Shown here: piece after piece, positions 1-16,785 of the stretch
Position numbering within the stretch: position 1 is the first letter of the stretch
Layout: each line of letters starts with the position of its first letter
Origin: the human T2T-CHM13v2.0 reference genome, Homo sapiens
DNA length: 64,000 nt
Reading direction: 5' to 3' (one strand)
NCBI RefSeq assembly: GCF_009914755.1
Contig: NC_060948.1
Program-made: the position numbers and the translations under genes
The notes under the pieces: model-generated
What the model was told of the DNA's origin: nothing
What the model saw: only the letters and a program-made list of their open reading frames with translations
Databases searched by the model: none

Positions 1-415
1 TGAAAGCCTTAACTAGTAATTTGAAGAGCTGGCATTTGAAAGGCCAGTATGAATATACCTTCAAATCAGCAACACAGGTTCCCCATGAGAAAAAGCAAAC
101 ACAGGGAAAATAAAAACACAAAGGTTCAATCTCTTCTGACCTTTGAAAGACACAGCACAGACAGTGGTCCTTAGGACGAAGAGCAGGAGACCCCTAATTC
201 CGTCACCATGGCGATAGGGCATAAACATTGCTGGGTGAGGGCACAATCCACATTGTGAGGTCCAACTGCTGCCAGGAAGACAGGAGTGCTTTTACATAGA
301 CCGAAAGGTCATTGAAGGCTCAGAGTTTTGTTTCAAGAACTGAATCCCAAGCCCACACGTTATTAGGCTGCGCTTCTTAAAACAAGTTATGAGATGGGAA
401 AAAGGGCACCCACAA

Positions 416-1975
416 ACATACGTATACATTATGTATATAATAATATACAGTATCATATATATAATATATATAACCTATGTATAATATTGTTTTACATCCT
501 GCATCTTATGTTATATATATTGTATAAAATATAATAATTGATAATATATAAGTTTTATAATTATACGATATGACATATAGTATATATTATAATTTATGAC
601 ATATATAATATATGTTATATATCATATGTAGAATATATTATACGGTTAATATACGTATTAAATATAAATTATACATTATATATATTATATATAATATATC
701 TGTTATATATAATACCCATTATGCATAATATATATATTATGTCTATGTTATATATAGTATAAAACAACATATAATAATATATAATTGTATATATAAAATG
801 CGACATATAATATATATTATATTTTATAACATATGTAATATATATTATATATTATATATAATACGTTGTATGTATAATACCTATATTAAATATATATTAT
901 ATGACTATGTTATTAATTACATATCACATGTGTTATATATTATATATTTTACATAGAATATACCGGTTACATACAATATATACTATGTTACCTATAATGT
1001 GTAATTTATTACATGTAAAATAAAGAATGCAATATATTATGTATAATTTATAATATACAATATGTGGAATGTGACATATATAACATATAATATATGATAT
1101 ATGATATACAGTATATGATATATAACATACAAAATATGATTCCTAATATATATGGTATACAATATATATTTTATGATATGTATTCTATATGTTTTATATT
1201 CTGTTATATATAACTATTTGAAATTATATATAACTGTATAATATTTTATGTAAATATGTAATATAATATATATAACTATATAATATATTATAGATAACTA
1301 TATATTATGTTATATATACTTTTATAACATAATTTACATAAAATATCATAATATAATATATATTATATTATTTCATATTATATAATATATATTACATATC
1401 ACCCAATATAACTAACATACATAATATTATAATATAGATTATATTGTGTTATATTAAATATCATATATATCATGTATCATATATTCTATAATATATATTA
1501 CACATTATATAATATGTATGTTGTCTATTATGTGATATATATAACTATATATATAATTATATTTTTATACATATAACTAGATAAACATGTAATTCTACAT
1601 ATTTTCATTTATAATATGTAGAATTATATAATCATATATAATTATTTATATTCTATAAAAATTTTATCATTATATAAATTATAATATATAAAAATTATAA
1701 TATGTACTACAAATATATATATTATATATCATATATGATATAGTACCTTTGTTATATATCATAATACATATAAATGTGTATTATGTTATCTATAATTATA
1801 TAATTTCATATATAAGATGTATAATATGTATCATATATTATATATGTTATGTAATATATATAGTATATATAAGATGACACAGGATAAATATTATATACTA
1901 TGACATATAAAATATATCAGGTTATATGTTACATATAAGGCATAGCACATAACATGTAATATGTATCATATATAA
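416..1975. repeat. AT-rich, (TA)n-derived low-complexity segment of the DYZ2 unit (representative copy)
   Basis: About 1.55 kb of interrupted TATATA/ATAT sequence with very few G/C, reproduced almost base-for-base in each unit. Confidence 0.9.
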
Positions 1976-2267
1976 TTTTTTTTTAGACAGAATCTTGTCG
2001 TGTTGCACAGGGTGGGGTACAATGGCGCCATCTTTGCTCACTGCAACTTCTGCCTCATGGTTCCAAGCGATTGTCCTCCCTCAGCCTCCCAGGTAGCTGG
2101 GACTACACCACACTGGGACTACACCAGCTGCCACCATGCCTAGCTAATTTTTTGTATTTTTAGTAGTGACAGCGTTTCACTGTATTGGCCAGGATGGTCT
2201 TGATCTCTTCACCTTGTGATCCCCTTGCCTTGGCCTCCAAATTTGCTGGGATTACAGGCCTGAGCCA
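1976..2267 (-). mobile_element. Alu, diverged, slightly 5'-truncated, amplified as part of the DYZ2 unit
   Basis: T9 tail followed by agacag..., ctcactgcaac, ctcagcctccc, gtagctgggactaca, gctaattttttgtatttttagtag and gctgggattacagg..tgagcca, which is the reverse complement of an Alu dimer lacking about the first 12 nt. Confidence 0.95.
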
Positions 2268-2835
2268 AGATCCATATTTTTTAAATGAAAAAAAATTTCA
2301 AAGGTACTCTGCTTGGTACAATAATCAAATGTATAAACTGAGGAATAAAACATAACCATGAAACCTACTTATAACTGCATATGGAAAATACAGAGGATAA
2401 TTTTTTAAATAACATATTTTGAAAGCCTTAACTAGTAATTTGAAGAGTTGGCATTTGAAAGGCCAGTATGAATATACCTTCAAAGCAGCAACACAGGTTC
2501 CCCATGAGAAAAAGCAAACACAGGGAAAATAAAAACACAAAGGTTCAATCTCTTCTGACCTTTGAAAGACACAGCACAGACAGTGGTCCTTAGGACGAAG
2601 AGCAGGAGACCCCTAATTCCGTCACCATGGCGATAGGGCATAAACATTGCTGGGTGAGGGCACAATCCACATTGTGAGGTCCAACTGCTGCCAGGAAGAC
2701 AGGAGTGCTTTTACATAGACCGAAAGGTCATTGAAGGCTCAGAGTTTTGTTTCAAGAACTGAATCCCAAGCCCACACGTTATTAGGCTGCGCTTCTTAAA
2801 ACAAGTTATGAGATGGGAAAAAGGGCACCCACAAA
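2268..2835. repeat. HSATI-like complex segment of the DYZ2 unit (representative copy)
   Basis: A ~570 bp non-simple segment lies between the Alu and the AT-rich block. Other copies are at ~1-415 (partial), 4688, 7107, 9526, 11946, 14366, 16786, 19202, 22906 and 25295, and only a ~26 bp remnant is left at 21031. The name is taken from known DYZ2 composition and the borders are approximate. Confidence 0.75.
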
Positions 2836-4372
2836 CATACGTATACATTATGTATATAATAATATACAGTGTCATATATTTAATATATATAACCTATGTA
2901 TAATATTGTTTTACATCCTGCATCTTATGTTATATATATTGTATAAAATATAATAATTGATAATATATAAGTTTTATAATTATACAATATGACATATAGT
3001 ATATATTATAATTTATGACATATATAATATATGTTATATGTCATATATAGAATATATTATACGGTTAATATACGTATTAAATATAAATTATACATTATAT
3101 ATATTATATATAATATATCTGTTATATATAATACCCATTATGCATAATATATATATTATGTCTATGTTATATATAGTATAAAACAACATATAATAATATA
3201 TAATTGTATATATAAAATGCGACATATAATATATATTATATTTTATAACATATGTAATTTATATTATATATTATATATAATACGTTGTATGTATAATACC
3301 TATATTAAATATATATTATATGACTATGTTATTAATTACATGTCACATGTGTTATATATTATATATTTTACATAGAATATACCGGTTACATACAATATAT
3401 ACTATGTTACCTATAATGTATAATTTATTACATGTAAAATAAAGAATGCAATATATTATGTATAATTTATAATATACCATATGTGGAATGTGATATATAT
3501 AACATATAATATATGATATATGATATACAGTATATGATATATAACATACAATATATGATTCCTAATATATATTGTATACAATATATATTTTATGATATGT
3601 ATTCTATATGTTTTATATTCTGTTATATATAACTATTTGAAATTATATATAACTGTATAATATTTTATGTAAATATGTAATATAATATATATAACTATAT
3701 AATATATTACATATAACTATATATTATGTTATATATACTTTTATAACATAATTTACATAAAATATCATAATGTAATATATATTATATTATTTCATATTAC
3801 ATAATATATATTACATATCACCCAATATAACTAACATACATAATATTATAATATAGATTATATTGTGTTATATTAAATATCATATATATCATGTATCATA
3901 TATTATATAATATATATTACACATTATATAATATGTATGTTGTCTATTATGTGATATATATAACTATATATATAATTATATTTTTATACATATAACTAGA
4001 TAAACATGTAATTCTACATATTTTCATTTATAATATGTAGAATTATATAATCATATATAATTATTTATATTCTATAAAAAATTTTATCATAATATAAATT
4101 ATAATATATAAAAATTATAATATGTACTACAAATATATATATTATATATCATATATGATATAGTACCTTTGTTATATATCATAATACATATAAATGTGTA
4201 TTATGTTATCTATAATTATATAATTTCATATATAAGATGTATAATATGTATCATATATTATATATGTTATGTAATATATATAGTATATATAAGATGACAC
4301 AGGATAAATATTATATACTATGACATATAAAATATATGAGGTTATATGTTACATATAAGGCATAGCACATAA

Positions 4373-4687
<315 letters not shown>

Positions 4688-6814
4688 AGATCCATATTTT
4701 TTAAATGAAAAAAAATTTCAAAGGTACTCTGCTTGGTACAATAATCAAATGTATAAACTGAGGAATAAAACATAACCATGAAACCTACTTATAACTGCAT
4801 ATGGAAAATACAGAGGATAATTTTTTAAATAACATATTTTGAAAGCCTTAACTAGTAATTTGAAGAGCTGGCATTTGAAAGGCCAGTATGAATATACCTT
4901 CAAATCAGCAACACAGGTTCCCCATGAGAAAAAGCAAACACAGGGAAAATAAAAACACAAAGGTTCAATCTCTTCTGACCTTTGAAAGACACAGCACAGA
5001 CAGTGGTCCTTAGGACGAAGAGCAGGAGACCCCTAATTCCGTCACCATGGCGATAGGGCATAAACATTGCTGGGTGAGGGCACAATCCACATTGTGAGGT
5101 CCAACTGCTGCCAGGAAGACAGGAGTGCTTTTACATAGACCGAAAGGTCATTGAAGGCTCAGAGTTTTGTTTCAAGAACTGAATCCCAAGCCCACACGTT
5201 ATTAGGCTGCGCTTCTTAAAACAAGTTATGAGATGGGAAAAAGGGCACCCACAAACATACGTATACATTATGTATATAATAATATACAGTATCATATATA
5301 TAATATATATAACCTATGTATAATATTGTTTTACATCCTGCATCTTATGTTATATATATTGTATAAAATATAATAATTGATAATATATAAGTTTTATAAT
5401 TATACAATATGACATATAGTATATATTATAATTTATGACATATATAATATATGTTATATATCATATGTAGAATATATTATACGGTTAATATACGTATTAA
5501 ATATAAATTATACATTATATATATTATATATAATATATCTGTTATATATAATACCCATTATGCATAATATATATATTATGTCTATGTTATATATAGTATA
5601 AAACAACATATAATAATATATAATTGTATATATAAAATGCGACATATAATATATATTATATTTTATAACATATGTAATATATATTATATATTATATATAA
5701 TACGTTGTATGTATAATACCTATATTAAATATATATTATATGACTATGTTATTAATTACATATCACATGTGTTATATATTATATATTTTACATAGAATAT
5801 ACCGGTTACATACAATATATACTATGTTACCTATAATGTGTAATTTATTACATGTAAAATAAAGAATGCAATATATTATGTATAATTTATAATATACAAT
5901 ATGTGGAATGTGATATATATAACATATAATATATGATATATGATATACAGTATATGATATATAACATACAAAATATGATTCCTAATATATATGGTATACA
6001 ATATATATTTTATGATATGTATTCTATATGTTTTATATTCTGTTATATATAACTATTTGAAATTATATATAACTGTATAATATTTTATGTAAATATGTAA
6101 TATAATATATATAACTATATAATATATTATAGACAACTATATATTATGTTATATATACTTTTATAACATAATTTACATAAAATATCATAATATAATATAT
6201 ATTATATTATTTCATATTATATAATATATATTACATATCACCCAATATAACTAACATACATAATATTATAATATAGATTATATTGTGTTATATTAAATAT
6301 CATATATATCATGTATCATATATTCTATAATATATATTACACATTATATAATATGTATGTTGTCTATTATGTGATATATATAACTATATATATAATTATA
6401 TTTTTATACATATAACTAGATAAACATGTAATTCTACATATTTTCATTTATAATATGTAGAATTATATAATCATATATAATTATTTATATTCTATAAAAA
6501 TTTTATCATTATATAAATTATAATATATAAAAATTATAATATGTACTACAAATATATATATTATATATCATATATGATATAGTACCTTTGTTATATATCA
6601 TAATACATATAAATGTGTATTATGTTATCTATAATTATATAATTTCATATATAAGATGTATAATATGTATCATATATTATATATGTTATGTAATATATAT
6701 AGTATATATAAGATGACACAGGATAAATATTATATACTATGACATATAAAATATATCAGGTTATATGTTACATATAAGGCATAGCACATAACATGTAATA
6801 TGTATCATATATAA

Positions 6815-7106
6815 TTTTTTTTTAGACAGAATCTTGTCGTGTTGCACAGGGTGGGGTACAATGGCGCCATCTTTGCTCACTGCAACTTCTGCCTCATGGG
6901 TCCAAGCGATTGTCCTCCCTCAGCCTCCCAGGTAGCTGGGACTACACCACACTGGGACTACACCAGCTGCCACCATGCCTAGCTAATTTTTTGTATTTTT
7001 AGTAGTGACAGCGTTTCACTGTATTGGCCAGTATGGTCTTGATCTCTTCACCTTGTGATCCCCTTGCCTTGGCCTCCAAATTTGCTGGGATTACAGGCCT
7101 GAGCCA
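6815..7106 (-). mobile_element. Alu copy in DYZ2 unit
   Basis: Near-identical to 1976-2267. Confidence 0.95.
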
Positions 7107-9233
7107 AGATCCATATTTTTTAAATGAAAAAAAATTTCAAAGGTACTCTGCTTGGTACAATAATCAAATGTATAAACTGAGGAATAAAACATAACCATGA
7201 AACCTACTTATAACTGCATATGGAAAATACAGAGGATAATTTTTTAAATAACATATTTTGAAAGCCTTAACTAGTAATTTGAAGAGTTGGCATTTGAAAG
7301 GCCAGTATGAATATACCTTCAAAGCAGCAACACAGGTTCCCCATGAGAAAAAGCAAACACAGGGAAAATAAAAACACAAAGGTTCAATCTCTTCTGACCT
7401 TTGAAAGACACAGCACAGACAGTGGTCCTTAGGACGAAGAGCAGGAGACCCCTAATTCCGTCACCATGGCGATAGGGCATAAACATTGCTGGGTGAGGGC
7501 ACAATCCACATTGTGAGGTCCAACTGCTGCCAGGAAGACAGGAGTGCTTTTACATAGACCGAAAGGTCATTGAAGGCTCAGAGTTTTGTTTCAAGAACTG
7601 AATCCCAAGCCCACACGTTATTAGGCTGCGCTTCTTAAAACAAGTTATGAGATGGGAAAAAGGGCACCCACAAACATACGTATACATTATGTATATAATA
7701 ATATACAGTGTCATATATTTAATATATATAACCTATGTATAATATTGTTTTACATCCTGCATCTTATGTTATATATATTGTATAAAATATAATAATTGAT
7801 AATATATAAGTTTTATAATTATACAATATGACATATAGTATATATTATAATTTATGACATATATAATATATGTTATATGTCATATATAGAATATATTATA
7901 CGGTTAATATACGTATTAAATATAAATTATACATTATATATATTATATATAATATATCTGTTATATATAATACCCATTATGCATAATATATATATTATGT
8001 CTATGTTATATATAGTATAAAACAACATATAATAATATATAATTGTATATATAAAATGCGACATATAATATATATTATATTTTATAACATATGTAATTTA
8101 TATTATATATTATATATAATACGTTGTATGTATAATACCTATATTAAATATATATTATATGACTATGTTATTAATTACATGTCACATGTGTTATATATTA
8201 TATATTTTACATAGAATATACCGGTTACATACAATATATACTATGTTACCTATAATGTATAATTTATTACATGTAAAATAAAGAATGCAATATATTATGT
8301 ATAATTTATAATATACCATATGTGGAATGTGATATATATAACATATAATATATGATATATGATATACAGTATATGATATATAACATACAATATATGATTC
8401 CTAATATATATTGTATACAATATATATTTTATGATATGTATTCTATATGTTTTATATTCTGTTATATATAACTATTTGAAATTATATATAACTGTATAAT
8501 ATTTTATGTAAATATGTAATATAATATATATAACTATATAATATATTACATATAACTATATATTATGTTATATATACTTTTATAACATAATTTACATAAA
8601 ATATCATAATGTAATATATATTATATTATTTCATATTACATAATATATATTACATATCACCCAATATAACTAACATACATAATATTATAATATAGATTAT
8701 ATTGTGTTATATTAAATATCATATATATCATGTATCATATATTCTATAATATATATTACACATTATATAATATGTATGTTGTCTATTATGTGATATATAT
8801 AACTATATATATAATTATATTTTTATACATATAACTAGATAAACATGTAATTCTACATATTTTCATTTATAATATGTAGAATTATATAATCATATATAAT
8901 TATTTATATTCTATAAAAATTTTATCATTATATAAATTATAATATATAAAAATTATAATATGTACTACAAATATATATATTATATATCATATATGATATA
9001 GTACCTTTGTTATATATCATAATACATATAAATGTGTATTATGTTATCTATAATTATATAATTTCATATATAAGATGTATAATATGTATCATATATTATA
9101 TATGTTATGTAATATATATAGTATATATAAGATGACACAGGATAAATATTATATACTATGACATATAAAATATATCAGGTTATATGTTACATATAAGGCA
9201 TAGCACATAACATGTAATATGTATCATATATAA

Positions 9234-9525
9234 TTTTTTTTTAGACAGAATCTTGTCGTGTTGCACAGGGTGGGGTACAATGGCGCCATCTTTGCTCACT
9301 GCAACTTCTGCCTCATGGGTCCAAGCGATTGTCCTCCCTCAGCCTCCCAGGTAGCTGGGACTACACCACACTGGGACTACACCAGCTGCCACCATGCCTA
9401 GCTAATTTTTTGGATTTTTAGTAGTGACAGCGTTTCACTGTATTGGCCAGGATGGTCTTGATCTCTTCACCTTGTGATCCCCTTGCCTTGGCCTCCAAAT
9501 TTGCTGGGATTACAGGCCTGAGCCA
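9234..9525 (-). mobile_element. Alu copy in DYZ2 unit
   Basis: Near-identical to 1976-2267. Confidence 0.95.
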
Positions 9526-11630
9526 AGATCCATATTTTTTAAATGAAAAAAAATTTCAAAGGTACTCTGCTTGGTACAATAATCAAATGTATAAACTGAG
9601 GAATAAAACATAACCATGAAACCTACTTATAACTGCATATGGAAAATGCAGAGGATAATTTTTTAAATAACATATTTTGAAAGCCTTAACTATTAATTTG
9701 AAGAGTTGGCATTTGAAAGGCCAGTATGAATATACCTTCAAAGCAGCAACACAGGTTCCCCATGAGAAAAAGCAAACACAGGGAAAATAAAAACACAAAG
9801 GTTCAATCTCTTCTGACCTTTGAAAGACACAGCACAGACAGTGGTCCTTAGGACGAAGAGCAGGAGACCCCTAATTCCGTCACCATGGCGATAGGGCATA
9901 AACATTGCTGGGTGAGGGCACAATCCACATTGTGAGGTCCAACTGCTGCCAGGAAGACAGGAGTGCTTTTACATAGACCGAAAGGTCATTGAAGGCTCAG
10001 AGTTTTGTTTCAAGAACTGAATCCCAAGCCCACACGTTATTAGGCTGCGCTTCTTAAAACAAGTTATGAGATGGGAAAAAGGGCACCCACAAACATACGT
10101 ATACATTATGTATATAATAATATACAGTGTCATATATTTAATATATATAACCTATGTATAATATTGTTTTACATCCTGCATCTTATGTTATATATATTGT
10201 ATAAAATATAATAATTGATAATATATAAGTTTTATAATTATACAATATGACATATAGTATATATTATAATTTATGACATATATAATATATGTTATATGTC
10301 ATATATAGAATATATTATACGGTTAATATACGTATTAAATATAAATTATACATTATATATATTATATATAATATATCTGTTATATATAATACCCATTATG
10401 CATAATATATATATTATGTCTATGTTATATATAGTATAAAACAACATATAATAATATATAATTGTATATATAAAATGCGACATATAATATATATTATATT
10501 TTATAACATATGTAATTTATATTATATATTATATATAATACGTTGTATGTATAATACCTATATTAAATATATATTATATGACTATGTTATTAATTACATG
10601 TCACATGTGTTATATATTATATATTTTACATAGAATATACCGGTTACATACAATATATACTATGTTACCTATAATGTATAATTTATTACATGTAAAATAA
10701 AGAATGCAATATATTATGTATAATTTATAATATACCATATGTGGAATGTGATATATATAACATATAATATATGATATATGATATACAGTATATGATATAT
10801 AACATACAATATATGATTCCTAATATATATTGTATACAATATATATTTTATGATATGTATTCTATATGTTTTATATTCTGTTATATATAACTATTTGAAA
10901 TTATATATAACTGTATAATATTTTATGTAAATATGTAATATAATATATATAACTATATAATATATTACATATAACTATATATTATGTTATATATACTTTT
11001 ATAACATAATTTACATAAAATATCATAATGTAATATATATTATATTATTTCATATTACATAATATATATTACATATCACCCAATATAACTAACATACATA
11101 ATATTATAATATAGATTATATTGTGTTATATTAAATATCATATATATCATGTATCATATATTATATAATATATATTACACATTATATAATATGTATGTTG
11201 TCTATTATGTGATATATATAACTATATATATAATTATATTTTTATACATATAACTAGATAAACATGTAATTCTACATATTTTCATTTATAATATGTAGAA
11301 TTATATAATCATATATAATTATTTATATTCTATAAAAAATTTTATCATAATATAAATTATAATATATAAAAATTATAATATGTACTACAAATATATATAT
11401 TATATATCATATATGATATAGTACCTTTGTTATATATCATAATACATATAAATGTGTATTATGTTATCTATAATTATATAATTTCATATATAAGATGTAT
11501 AATATGTATCATATATTATATATGTTATGTAATATATATAGTATATATAAGATGACACAGGATAAATATTATATACTATGACATATAAAATATATGAGGT
11601 TATATGTTACATATAAGGCATAGCACATAA

Positions 11631-11945
<315 letters not shown>

Positions 11946-14073
11946 AGATCCATATTTTTTAAATGAAAAAAAATTTCAAAGGTACTCTGCTTGGTACAAT
12001 AATCAAATGTATAAACTGAGGAATAAAACATAACCATGAAACCTACTTATAACTGCATATGGAAAATACAGAGGATAATTTTTTAAATAACATATTTTGA
12101 AAGCCTTAACTAGTAATTTGAAGAGCTGGCATTTGAAAGGCCAGTATGAATATACCTTCAAATCAGCAACACAGGTTCCCCATGAGAAAAAGCAAACACA
12201 GGGAAAATAAAAACACAAAGGTTCAATCTCTTCTGACCTTTGAAAGACACAGCACAGACAGTGGTCCTTAGGACGAAGAGCAGGAGACCCCTAATTCCGT
12301 CACCATGGCGATAGGGCATAAACATTGCTGGGTGAGGGCACAATCCACATTGTGAGGTCCAACTGCTGCCAGGAAGACAGGAGTGCTTTTACATAGACCG
12401 AAAGGTCATTGAAGGCTCAGAGTTTTGTTTCAAGAACTGAATCCCAAGCCCACACGTTATTAGGCTGCGCTTCTTAAAACAAGTTATGAGATGGGAAAAA
12501 GGGCACCCACAAACATACGTATACATTATGTATATAATAATATACAGTATCATATATATAATATATATAACCTATGTATAATATTGTTTTACATCCTGCA
12601 TCTTATGTTATATATATTGTATAAAATATAATAATTGATAATATATAAGTTTTATAATTATACAATATGACATATAGTATATATTATAATTTATGACATA
12701 TATAATATATGTTATATATCATATGTAGAATATATTATACGGTTAATATACGTATTAAATATAAATTATACATTATATATATTATATATAATATATCTGT
12801 TATATATAATACCCATTATGCATAATATATATATTATGTCTATGTTATATATAGTATAAAACAACATATAATAATATATAATTGTATATATAAAATGCGA
12901 CATATAATATATATTATATTTTATAACATATGTAATATATATTATATATTATATATAATACGTTGTATGTATAATACCTATATTAAATATATATTATATG
13001 ACTATGTTATTAATTACATGTCACATGTGTTATATATTATATATTTTACATAGAATATACCGGTTACATACAATATATACTATGTTACCTATAATGTGTA
13101 ATTTATTACATGTAAAATAAAGAATGCAATATATTATGTATAATTTATAATATACAATATGTGGAATGTGATATATATAACATATAATATATGATATATG
13201 ATTTACAGTATATGATATATAACATACAATATATGATTCCTAATATATATGGTATACAATATATATTTTATGATATGTATTCTATATGTTTTATATTCTG
13301 TTATATATAACTATTTGAAATTATATATAACTGTATAATATTTTATGTAAATATGTAATATAATATATATAAGTATATAATATATTATAGATAACTATAT
13401 ATTATGTTATATATACTTTTATAACATAATTTACATAAAATATCATAATATAATATATATTATATTATTTCATATTACATAATATATATTACATATCACC
13501 CAATATAACTAACATACATAATATTATAACATAGATTATATTGTGTTATATTAAATATCATATATATCATGTATCATATATTCTATAATATATATTACAC
13601 ATTATATAATATGTATGTTGTCTATTATGTGATATATATAACTATATATATAATTATATTTTTATACATATAACTAGATAAACATGTAATTCTACATATT
13701 TTCATTTATAATATGTAGAATTATATAATCATATATAATTATTTATATTCTATAAAAAATTTTATCATTATATAAATTATAATATATAAAAATTATAATA
13801 TGTACTACAAATATATATATTATATATCATATATGATATAGTACCTTTGTTATATATCATAATACATATAAATGTGTATTATGTTATCTATAATTATATA
13901 ATTTCATATATAAGATGTATAATATGTATCATATATTATATATGTTATGTAATATATATAGTATATATAAGATGACACAGGATAAATATTATATACTATG
14001 ACATATAAAATATATCAGGTTATATGTTACATATAAGGCATAGCACATAACATGTAATATGTATCATATATAA

Positions 14074-14365
14074 TTTTTTTTTAGACAGAATCTTGTCCTG
14101 TTGCACAGGGTGGGGTACAATGGCGCCATCTTTGCTCACTGCAACTTCTGCCTCATGGGTCCAAGCGATTGTCCTCCCTCAGCCTCCCAGGTAGCTGGGA
14201 CTACACCACACTGGGACTACACCAGCTGCCACCATGCCTAGCTAATTTTTTGTATTTTTAGTAGTGACAGCGTTTCACTGTATTGGCCAGGATGGTCTTG
14301 ATCTCTTCACCTTGTGATCCCCTTGCCTTGGCCTCCAAATTTGCTGGGATTACAGGCCTGAGCCA
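14074..14365 (-). mobile_element. Alu copy in DYZ2 unit
   Basis: Near-identical to 1976-2267. Confidence 0.95.
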
Positions 14366-16470
14366 AGATCCATATTTTTTAAATGAAAAAAAATTTCAAA
14401 GGTACTCTGCTTGGTACAATAATCAAATGTATAAACTGAGGAATAAAACATAACCATGAAACCTACTTATAACTGCATATGGAAAATACAGAGGATAATT
14501 TTTTAAATAACATATTTTGAAAGCCTTAACTAGTAATTTGAAGAGTTGGCATTTGAAAGGCCAGTATGAATATACCTTCAAAGCAGCAACACAGGTTCCC
14601 CATGAGAAAAAGCAAACACAGGGAAAATAAAAACACAAAGGTTCAATCACTTCTGACCTTTGAAAGACACAGCACAGACAGTGGTCCTTAGGACGAAGAG
14701 CAGGAGACCCCTAATTCCGTCACCATGGCGATAGGGCATAGACATTGCTGGGTGAGGGCACAATCCACATTGTGAGGTCCAACTGCTGCCAGGAAGACAG
14801 GAGTGCTTTTACATAGACCGAAAGGTCATTGAAGGCTCAGAGTTTTGTTTCAAGAACTGAATCCCAAGCCCACACGTTATTAGGCTGCGCTTCTTAAAAC
14901 AAGTTATGAGATGGGAAAAAGGGCACCCACAAACATACGTATACATTATGTATATAATAATATACAGTATCATATATATAATATATATAACCTATGTATA
15001 ATATTGTTTTACATCCTGCATCTTATGTTATATATATTGTATAAAATATAATAATTGATAATATATAAGTTTTATAATTATACAATATGACATATGGTAT
15101 ATATTATAATTTATGACATATATAATATATGTTATATATCATATGTAGAATATATTATACGGTTTATATACGTATTAAATATAAATTATACATTATATAT
15201 ATTATATATAATATATCTGTTATATATAATACCCATTATGCATAATATATATATTATGTCTATGTTATATATAGTATAAAACAACATATAATAATATATA
15301 ATTGTATATATAAAATGCGACATATAATATATATTATATTTTATAACATATGTAATTTATACTATATATTATATATAATACGTTGTATGTATAATACCTA
15401 TATTAAATATATATTATATGACTATGTTATTAATTACATGTCACATGTGTTATATATTATATATTTTACATAGAATATACCGGTTACATACAATATATAC
15501 TATGTTACCTATAATGTGTAATTTATTACATGTAAAATAAAGAATGCAATATATTATGTATAATTTATAATATACAATATGTGGAATGTGATATATATAA
15601 CATATAATATATGATACATGATATACAGTATATGATATATAACATACAATATATGATTCCTAATATATATGGTATACAATATATATTTTATGATATGTAT
15701 TCTATATGTTTTATATTCTGTTATATATAACTATTTGAAATTATATATAACTGTATAATATTTTATGTAAATATGTAATATAATATATATAACTATATAA
15801 TATATTATATATAACTATATATTTTGTTATATATACTTTTATAACATAATTTACATAAAATATCATAATATAATATATATTATATTATTTCATATTACAT
15901 AATATATATTACATATCACCCAATATAACTAACATACATAATATTATAATATAGATTATATTATGTTATATTAAATATCATATATATCATGTATCATATA
16001 TTCTATAATATATATTACACTTTATATAATATGGATGTTGTCTATTATGTGATATATATAACTATATATATAATTATATTTTTATACATATAACTAGATA
16101 AACATGTAATTCTACATATTTTCATTTATAATATGTAGAATTATATAATCATATATAATTATTTATATTCTATAAAAAATTTTATCATTATATAAATTAT
16201 AATATATAAAAATTATAATATGTACTACAAATATATATATTATATATCATATATGATATAGTACCTTTGTTATATATCATAATACATGTAAATGTGTATT
16301 ATGTTATCTATAATTATATAATTTCATATATAAGATATATAATATGTATCATATATTATATATGTTATGTAATATATATAGTATATATAAGATGACACAG
16401 GATAAATATTATATACTATGACATATAAAATATATGAGGTTATATGTTACATATAAGGCATAGCACATAA

Positions 16471-16785
<315 letters not shown>

